A stretch of 64,000 bases of DNA from assembly GCA_005776725.1 (NCBI GenBank), contig SXOO01000158.1:2769-66768 (forward strand), given 5' to 3'. How positions within the stretch are numbered: position 1 is the first letter of the stretch; each line of letters starts with the position of its first letter. The translations under genes were made by a program, and so were the position numbers. The notes under the pieces were generated by a model. The model had not been told where the DNA came from. It saw only the letters and a program-made list of their open reading frames with translations, and did not search any database. This document shows, one piece after another, positions 53,190-59,921 of this stretch. The stretch is from Pseudomonadota bacterium (GTDB lineage: Bacteria; Myxococcota_A; UBA9042; GCA-2863065).

Positions 53190-54178
53190 TTGCGCGCCCT
53201 CACGACGACGGCGAACGAGGCAGGCTCGAACAGGAACTCAGGCGCCGGGTTTCCATTGTCGGCGCACGCCTTCCGCGCGAGGGGCACGCCGAGCCCGAAC
53301 CGTTGGACGAACCCGAGCTGGTACAGCGCCGCCGCCAGCGCAGGGTTCCGGTAATCATTCCCTCCCGGTCGCCCGAAGGTCGCTGGCGTCGCGCGGCCGA
53401 ACAGCCCCCCCGGGTTGTGGATCTCCATCCGGTCAGAGAACCAGTACCACTGCACCGGGGCGTTGCTCGTCTCGTAGTTGCGATGGATGACCGCGTTCCG
53501 GAGCAACTGCTGCATCGCGGCGATGGGGTAGTCCGGAGTCCTGGTCTCGACCGTGCCCCCGGCCACGCTGGTCGCCACACGGATGTGGGCGCTCGTGACT
53601 CGTCCATCTGGCGGAGCACCTGGGGGAGCGGTCCTGCAAGCTCCTTCCGATCGACTATCGGGCCGGTCAATTCCGTGCCGTCGACCCGGAGGAACTGCAC
53701 ATACGCGCCCTTGAGCCAGGTGGTCGGGTTGAAGCCAAGCAGGAGCAGACCGGCGACGGTAACGACGGCGTCGGGGCTGGCGAGGTGGAGGGCGGCAAGT
53801 TGCTCCGGAACACTCCTCCCGTTGCCCGGCAGGTCGTTGGCGAACGCACAGATCGCCGCTTCGACGTCGCTCTTGTTCGAGAGCGACGCCTTTCGCTCCA
53901 CGTGGTGGCTCTCCAGATCGGCGGTGAGCGCAGCGAGTTCGGGTTCGGTCAGCATGGGGCTCCGGCCATTTGATCTCCATGGTGCTTCCGGTAGCGCCTC
54001 ATCGATGCATCAAGCCATCGACTCACCGCGCCGCCACGCGGTCCACAAGAGGATGGGGATAGCGTCTCCGAACCACTGACGGAGGGTAACGGCCTGCGCC
54101 GGGGCTGTCGAGGCGGCCCTGGCAGCCTCTGGCAGCCTCTCGCGACGTCTTCTGCGTGCGACTTCTGGGCGGAAACGT
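52212..54178. mobile_element. ~2-kb inserted two-gene segment between direct repeats (remnant island; no integrase/transposase seen)
   Basis: Bounded by repeat copies A and B, which duplicate the bamA-like 3' end, the intergenic spacer and the esterase 3' end. Contents are the ParA-like gene plus a frameshifted AlbA_2/HATPase_c_4 gene. Confidence 0.4.
53186..53955 (-). pseudogene. frameshifted and internally shortened AlbA_2 / HATPase_c_4 (RecG-C-terminal-like) putative DNA-binding ATP-binding protein
   Basis: The N-terminal part is in the frame of ORF 53200..53955: MLTEPELAALTADLESHHVERKASLS...AICAFANDLPGNGRSVPEQLAAL...AYVQFLRVDGTELTGPIVDRKELAGPLPQVLRQMDE. The C-terminal part is in the frame of ORF 53186..53980: VTSAHIRVATSVAGGTVETRTPDYPIAAMQQLLRNAVIHRNYETSNAPVQWYWFSDRMEIHNPGGLFG...DYRNPALAAALYQLGFVQRFGLGVPLARKACADNGNPAPEF. 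The frames switch at about 53597-53601 (gag|gtc reads gagtc, an apparent 1-nt loss). The stop (53186) overlaps the ParA start as ATGA. Confidence 0.7.
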
Positions 54179-54300
54179 CTCTACACGTTCTGAGGTGAGC
54201 GCGGGCCGCGCGCCGGCGCGTGCACGGCCCAGCGCGGTCAGTCGCCCGGCGGGCACACCGACGCGCCCTCATCGGGGCTGACCACGGCGGTCGCTTCGCC
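54179..54300. repeat. direct repeat copy B (right boundary of insertion)
   Basis: See copy A. It covers the last ~21 codons of the esterase gene plus the downstream spacer, and a 15-nt copy of the bamA-like gene end (ctctacacgttctga). Confidence 0.9.
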
Positions 54301-55791
54301 CGACGTCCACCGGGCCAGGGCCTCGAACATCGTGGTGGGTGCTCCGCTGGCGCTGGCCGGGTCTTCGATTGTCACCTCGTAGACGTCCTCGTCGCTTCGG
54401 AGCGTCTCGTGCTTCGGGCACCACGGACCGAAGGCCCCCGGGGGCTCTGCGATCGTCTCCTCGGCGGTGCCGCCGGGCCCGCCGATTGCGGGCAGCGCCC
54501 TGAGCCCGGCCGCGACCATCTCGGCAAACAGGGCGAGATCGTAGGTGGCGCCGCCCGGCCCGGTGAGCACACCGGCCGCGAACGGATCCGAGACGAGTGA
54601 GTCGATGAGCCCCATGCGGACGAAGAACGGGGCTGTGATGTGGTTCTCCATCACGTGGGTCTCGTTCGAGCAGCGCCACGCGTCGCCGGCGTGCGCCTCG
54701 AGGCAGCTCTCGTCGCGCACGGCCCCCCAGTTCGAGGCTTCCTCGGCCGCGCCGGCTTCGAGGAAGGCGGCGCCGGTGCAGAGTCCGGCCTCATCGCAGA
54801 AGGGTGAGTTCTCGAAGCCAACCTCCTCGAGGTCGGGCCGATACGCAGAGTCGATGATGACTCGGTAGTCCGCGAGGTCGGCGTTGGAGGCTCGTAGGAG
54901 CCCCTCGACGTAGTCGGCGTTCTGGACCGTGCCAGCCCCGCCTGCCGACGCGCCAGCGAGGACCACCGCCGTGGCGTCGTCGAGGTCGGGCAGGGTGTTT
55001 GCGCCGGAACCGACGGTGCCCGCCTCGCGGCGGAGCGTGGCGAGGGTGGCCTCGAGGATTCGGCGCCCCAGGAAGTGCACCTTGTAGGTGACCGCGGCGT
55101 CCGTGTGCGGGTGGTGGCCTTCGAGCACGGCGTTGCGGTGGGTCCCGATCCAGTTGTCTGACGAGCAGTACTTCACGAAGACTTGGTTGTACTGACGGAA
55201 GGGGCTGGCGACGGACTTCGCGAAGCTCGCGGGGCGCGCGAGGATGCCCTTCCCATCGATCCCCACCTTCGGCGCCGGGGTGATCGACATCCCGAGCAGC
55301 GAGAACGCCGTCCCCACGTTGCACCAGCGGCCGGCGCAGCTGTCGCCGTTGTTACAGTTGCCCCCTCCCTGGAGCTGGATGATCCAGCGCGTGTCGTCGG
55401 CGCCCGCTGGTGCCGGGCGATAGTAGAAGACGGCCCCGGTGCCGTCGTTGCACAGCGCGTCCGGATAGACGGTGAGATCGAGGTCGTGCCTCGACAACAC
55501 CGAGTCGTCCTTCCCTTCGGCGAGCCCGCCCGCGCTGCCCTTCTTGCCGCAGTCGAGGACGTCTTGGATGAAGGGCACGGCGGCGTGCACGTCCGCGCCT
55601 GCGTCGCTGCCGGACGCATCTTCGGTGGGTGCGTCGGCGCCGTCTTCCTGGGCCTCCGCGCCGGCGTCGCCCTCGGGGACCTGGGCGTCTCTTGGCGCCG
55701 TCGACGCGTCGGGCACCGAAGTTGCCGCGGAACCCGCGCAGCTGGACGCGACGCCGAGGAGGAGCGGAACGAACAACAGCGATGGCCTCAT
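54238..55791 (-). CDS. pectin-acetylesterase/Notum-like alpha/beta hydrolase lipoprotein
   Basis: ORF 54238..55791. Lipobox LLGVASSC. LCNDGTGAVFYYRPA...WIIQLQGGGNCNNGDSCAGRW (GGGxC motif) and nucleophile context VVLAGASAGGAG. Confidence 0.65.
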   Translation of the reverse strand: MRPSLLFVPLLLGVASSCAGSAATSVPDASTAPRDAQVPEGDAGAEAQEDGADAPTEDASGSDAGADVHAAVPFIQDVLDCGKKGSAGGLAEGKDDSVLSRHDLDLTVYPDALCNDGTGAVFYYRPAPAGADDTRWIIQLQGGGNCNNGDSCAGRWCNVGTAFSLLGMSITPAPKVGIDGKGILARPASFAKSVASPFRQYNQVFVKYCSSDNWIGTHRNAVLEGHHPHTDAAVTYKVHFLGRRILEATLATLRREAGTVGSGANTLPDLDDATAVVLAGASAGGAGTVQNADYVEGLLRASNADLADYRVIIDSAYRPDLEEVGFENSPFCDEAGLCTGAAFLEAGAAEEASNWGAVRDESCLEAHAGDAWRCSNETHVMENHITAPFFVRMGLIDSLVSDPFAAGVLTGPGGATYDLALFAEMVAAGLRALPAIGGPGGTAEETIAEPPGAFGPWCPKHETLRSDEDVYEVTIEDPASASGAPTTMFEALARWTSGEATAVVSPDEGASVCPPGD

Positions 55792-56039
55792 GAGACGGGC
55801 TCCTGGCTTGTGGAAGCCTTTGTTTAGCCACGTGACACGGCGAACGCAACGTCACGCGTCTTGATGACTTGGCGGGCCGGGCGCCCGTAACCTGCGCAGC
55901 ACTGGCACGTAGAGCGCGCTGCGACCCGTGAGAACACGGTGAGCCCGCAGTCCATCGCCTGGATTATCGCTTGGACGTTCAACTTCCAAATAAGGTGGCA
56001 TCCCCGTATTGACGATAGGGCTGCGCCGCCGGAGGTCCC

Positions 56040-59000
56040 ATGCCGTCTCGTTACGCCGTCCTGTTCGCCCTCGTGATGCCGCTCCGCGCCCTGGCCGACT
56101 GCTGCGCGCCCAACGCCAACCCAGGCTGCCCGGACAGCGGCGCCGTGCAGTCCTGCGTCTGCGCGAAGGACGCCTTCTGCTGCAGTACGGCGTGGGACGA
56201 GACGTGCATCGCCCTCGCCAAGAGCCAATGCAGCCTGACGTGCACGCTGCCCAAGGCCGAGACCTGCTGCCAGACGAACACCAATGCAGCGGGCTGCGCC
56301 GATCCGGTGGTGGAGAGCTGCGTCTGCGCGAGTCACCCTCCCTGCTGCACCAGCGCCTGGACGCCGGTCTGCATGCAGCTCGCGCGCAATACCTGCGGCG
56401 CCGACTGCCCCAAGGGCCAGTGTTGTCTGGGCAACATGGGCCTCGGCTGCGACGACCCGGCCGTCGAGAGCTGCGTGTGCGCTACGGACCCCTACTGCTG
56501 CACCACGAACTGGGACATCGCCTGCGCCAACGTGGCTCACGGGTGTGGCTGTGGCGGCTCGCAGGGCTGTTGTGAAGCCTCCTCCGCGTCCGGCTGCAGC
56601 GATGAAGACGTCCAGCTGTGTGTCTGTGAAGAGGATCCCGCTTGCTGCTCGGGCCAGTGGCACGCCGGCTGCGTCGCGCTCGCCGACCAGGCGTGTAACG
56701 CCCAGTGCCCGGCCGCGCTCGAGCCCTGCTGCAGCGCTCACGACTCCAAGTCGTGCGACGAGCCAGGCGTGGCCGCCGCGGTCTGTGCCAAGCGCCCCGA
56801 GTGCTGCTCGGGCCCGTGGACCCAGGAGTGCGCGGACCTCGCCGTGATCTCCGGCGACTGCCCGGCGCCGAAGGCCGACCCATGCACGCCGTCGCAGGTG
56901 GCTCGCGGCACCGTCGACCCCGAAGTCGAGGCGTGCGTGTGCGGGAAACGCGCCAGCTGCTGCACGCAGCGCTGGGACGCCGCCTGCGCCGTGCTCGCCA
57001 CGGCCTGCGGCGCTGTATGCACCACCGCCGGCTCGAACGACTGCTGCGTCGGCGACGTAGGAGCCACCGGCTGCGGGAGCTTCCCGGTCCAGGCCTGTGT
57101 CTGCGACGCGATTCCGAGCTGTTGCACCCTCGGCTGGGGTCTCACCTGCGCGTTCTACGCCGAGACGCACTGCGGCGTCCCGTGCCCGGCCACGAAGTGC
57201 TGCGAGGTGGATGGACGCCCCGGCGGCTGCGACGACGCCGAGATCACCCAGTGTGTCTGCGCCGCGGACCCCCACTGTTGCGAGGAGTGGGGGGGCGCCT
57301 GCGTGGCGCTCGCCGACGGCTGCGGCGCCGGGTGTTCGGGCCCGCCGCCGAAAGGGGCCTGCCTCGAGGCCCACTCGAGCAGCGGGTGCGCCACGGGCAC
57401 GATTGAAGGCTGTGTTTGTGCCGCGCTGCCCGAATGCTGTAGCGGCCCATGGGGCGCCGCCTGCGTGGATCGGGCGCAGGCCTGTACGCCGGACGTGTGC
57501 GGCGATGACCTCTGCACGCCTGGGGAGGGCTGCAGCGACTGCGCCGCCGACTGCGCCTGCGGGACCGGCGCGCAGTGTCTTTCAGGAGCGTGCGTGCCTC
57601 GCGACCTCTACTTCTTCGGCGGCATCCCCCTCCCTCAGGGCTGGGGTCAGCTCGGAGAGGTGGTGTTCGGCTGCGGCGCGCCCACCCTCCAGCGCTGCAC
57701 GGACCCTGCCTACCTGGATCGGCCGTGCGGGCGCGCGCTCCTCGTGGCGGCGCGCCAGGATCCGGACCATCCCTGCCACGCGTTCGCGCAGACGAACGGC
57801 AACGATGCCGCGGAGGCGATCACGGAGGCTCCGGAGCGCACGCTCCTGCCTAACCTTGCGTCCCGGCTGGTATCCCTCACTGCCCCGCCCCGGCCGCTGA
57901 CCGAGACGGCGGCGATCCCGGTTGCGCCAACGGAGCCTGCCCGGATACGGCGCGACACGCCCTGGGCGCAGGTCCCACCGAACTCGGAGGCCTTCGTCAA
58001 GGGGCTCTTCGAGGTCAACGGGGCAAGGGTCGCGTCGTGTGTCGAGGCGCTGTACGAGCGGCACTTCGACTATCACCGCTTCGAGGACGCCGCCGCCTCC
58101 GTCGAAGACGCCCGAGCGGTCTACCAGCTGGCCTACGGGCCCGTGGGCACGGCGTCCAGCATCGCTACGCGCACGATCAACGGCAGTGGGCTCCGGGCGC
58201 GCGATGGCTCCGTGTCCCGTCAGCTGGTGCTCGATCGCCGAGGGGCACGGAGCCCGTTCTTCGACATCCCGCCCACACTGTACGTGGCGCTTAGCCAGCG
58301 GCCCGATCTCAACCCGGCGGCGCCCTTCGCCAGCCTGGGCATCGGGACGACGCTGCCCCCCGGTTGGGCCGCGTGGCCGAAGCTGAGAGCCGGAATGCAG
58401 ACGGTCACCACGCGCTCATTCGTCTGGCACAGGGCGCGGAACGACGCGGCGATCGCAGCGGGTTACGACGACGTGCAGCTCCTGTCGTATGAACCCTTCA
58501 AGGAGCGGTTCCGCCAGCTCGTAGCGGCGGCTGAGGGCGCGCTTCAGCGCGCTGCGTTCCTTAACCGGCAGATCCCCAGCTTCCAGCCGCCCGTCGGGGT
58601 CGGGCCCGAGGAGCCCGAGCTCGAGGACCTGCCGGGTGCGCCCACAGCCCAGGATCTGGCCCGCGCCGACGCGCTGGCGGAGCGCCTGGTGGGGCGCGTC
58701 GTGGAGGCCCTCGTGGACGCGCGCGCACTCGGCTGCCTCGAGCCCGGGGTCACGCCATGCGACTGGTCGCCCGAGGACTTCGTGCGAGACGTTGCGTCCG
58801 CGGCGCTGCCGGGGCGCGAGCGCGATCTGCTGCGGTGCTACGAGGCCACGTCCACGTTCACGTTCTCGCAGCTGGCCAACTTCGCGCTCCCCACGCTGGG
58901 CACCAAGACCTACCCCGCGCGGGACTACCTCGCGAGCGCCTCGGCGTTGGACGATCTGACGGTCGAGAAGGAGGCCTGGGTGCGCGACGTCGTGGCGCAC

Positions 59001-59921
59001 GTGACGGGGCTTGGCCTCGCGGTGGTGGACGGCGTCCCGACCTTGGGCCAGGTCATGGATATGTTCCGGGACGCCCTGCCGGACCGGTGGTTCGGCTTCG
59101 ACACGGCGTTCCACTACGACTGGTCGCTGGTCGACGTGGCGGGCTCCGATCCGAACGAGCCGAGTGTGGACGTGCAGGCCTTCGCAGCCTTCGACGCCAC
59201 CGTTGTGGTGCTGGGCCGAACCGTGCCCCTGGCCGGGTTCCGGGCGGACTTCGGCGGGACCGTGGAACCGGCGGAGTCGTCCGTCCACGTCGAGCTTCTG
59301 GGAGCTACGCTCTACGCTGAGACCTTCAGTACGCGGGTGCCCCAGAGGTGGGACCTCGTGCGCACCCGGTACGAGGACAACGCCGAAATCCGCGCCGACG
59401 GCCCGATCTTCGTCATCGCCGGTGTCCCGATCCGTATCAGCGGAGGGATTGGGGGCTCGATCGCTTTCGACTTCGACATGACGGCGGCGGCACCGACCGC
59501 GGAGGTCCGCGCCGACCTTCGCACCACCTTCCGCCCATCCGCCGAGGTGTACGGTTTCCTTGAGGCGGCCGTGGACTACGCGATCGTCCGCGCGGGCATT
59601 CGCGGCGAGCTGGTGCTCATCGGCGCCGACATCCCGACCAACTTCTGGGCGCGCGTGAGCCTCGAGGACAACGCGTTCGTGGCGCGCGCCGCGGCCAGCT
59701 CAATCGCAACGCTGCGCAGCCTCAACGGCCGCTTCAAGTTGTTCGCCGAGATCAACCTCGGGATCACGAAGGAGCGCTACGAGAAGCGGATCGCGAGCTG
59801 GCGTGGCGTCGAGACCCGCGGGACGCTCTTCGCTACGGACTTCGAGGTGCCGCTCTTCGGGCTGATCGAGGCGTGTGCCATCCCCGGCGCGCTCGTCTGC
59901 GAGTCCAGCGATGCGCCGTAG
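56040..59921 (+). CDS. secreted 1293-aa protein: 9 x ten-Cys repeat module plus ~800-aa unassigned C-terminal region
   Basis: ORF 56040..59921. Signal peptide MPSRYAVLFALVMPLRALA/D. Repeat array at residues 20-487. CGDDLCTPGEGCSDCAADCACG motif. The remainder has no motif I recognise. Confidence 0.8.
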   Translation: MPSRYAVLFALVMPLRALADCCAPNANPGCPDSGAVQSCVCAKDAFCCSTAWDETCIALAKSQCSLTCTLPKAETCCQTNTNAAGCADPVVESCVCASHPPCCTSAWTPVCMQLARNTCGADCPKGQCCLGNMGLGCDDPAVESCVCATDPYCCTTNWDIACANVAHGCGCGGSQGCCEASSASGCSDEDVQLCVCEEDPACCSGQWHAGCVALADQACNAQCPAALEPCCSAHDSKSCDEPGVAAAVCAKRPECCSGPWTQECADLAVISGDCPAPKADPCTPSQVARGTVDPEVEACVCGKRASCCTQRWDAACAVLATACGAVCTTAGSNDCCVGDVGATGCGSFPVQACVCDAIPSCCTLGWGLTCAFYAETHCGVPCPATKCCEVDGRPGGCDDAEITQCVCAADPHCCEEWGGACVALADGCGAGCSGPPPKGACLEAHSSSGCATGTIEGCVCAALPECCSGPWGAACVDRAQACTPDVCGDDLCTPGEGCSDCAADCACGTGAQCLSGACVPRDLYFFGGIPLPQGWGQLGEVVFGCGAPTLQRCTDPAYLDRPCGRALLVAARQDPDHPCHAFAQTNGNDAAEAITEAPERTLLPNLASRLVSLTAPPRPLTETAAIPVAPTEPARIRRDTPWAQVPPNSEAFVKGLFEVNGARVASCVEALYERHFDYHRFEDAAASVEDARAVYQLAYGPVGTASSIATRTINGSGLRARDGSVSRQLVLDRRGARSPFFDIPPTLYVALSQRPDLNPAAPFASLGIGTTLPPGWAAWPKLRAGMQTVTTRSFVWHRARNDAAIAAGYDDVQLLSYEPFKERFRQLVAAAEGALQRAAFLNRQIPSFQPPVGVGPEEPELEDLPGAPTAQDLARADALAERLVGRVVEALVDARALGCLEPGVTPCDWSPEDFVRDVASAALPGRERDLLRCYEATSTFTFSQLANFALPTLGTKTYPARDYLASASALDDLTVEKEAWVRDVVAHVTGLGLAVVDGVPTLGQVMDMFRDALPDRWFGFDTAFHYDWSLVDVAGSDPNEPSVDVQAFAAFDATVVVLGRTVPLAGFRADFGGTVEPAESSVHVELLGATLYAETFSTRVPQRWDLVRTRYEDNAEIRADGPIFVIAGVPIRISGGIGGSIAFDFDMTAAAPTAEVRADLRTTFRPSAEVYGFLEAAVDYAIVRAGIRGELVLIGADIPTNFWARVSLEDNAFVARAAASSIATLRSLNGRFKLFAEINLGITKERYEKRIASWRGVETRGTLFATDFEVPLFGLIEACAIPGALVCESSDAP
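56097..57500 (+). repeat. coding tandem array, 9 copies of ~50-aa Cys-rich module (period ~150-160 nt)
   Basis: Each unit follows CC-x5-8-C-x7-8-CVC-x5-CC-x2-3-W-x3-C-x6-8-C-x1-4-C. DNA landmark tgYgtNtgYg recurs at about 56156, 56326, 56471, 56624, 56933, 57097, 57252 and 57411. Confidence 0.85.

Noticed and set aside
54121-54140. ggcagcctct ggcagcctct perfect 10-nt tandem duplication inside the inserted segment.
   Set aside because: Only two copies, and no associated structure or motif. It is most likely a slippage scar.
52212-54178. Claim that the inserted segment has clearly lower GC than its flanks.
   Set aside because: Hand counts of short samples gave 57-70% GC, which overlaps the background. 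Composition cannot be used as evidence without a proper sliding-window calculation.
55903-55918. Sigma-54-like element TGGCACGTAGAGCGCG, 122 nt upstream of the Cys-rich operon.
   Set aside because: The GG-N10-GC spacing is right, but the -12 box reads gcGCg instead of TTGCW, and the distance to the ATG is long. It is too weak to call and was kept only as a note.
56097-57500. Interpreting the ten-Cys module as a metallothionein.
   Set aside because: Not adopted as the call. The proteins are exported (oxidising compartment), the Cys count per unit is even, and a Trp and an Asp-Pro are conserved, all of which favour a structured disulfide domain. It is retained only as an alternative to test.
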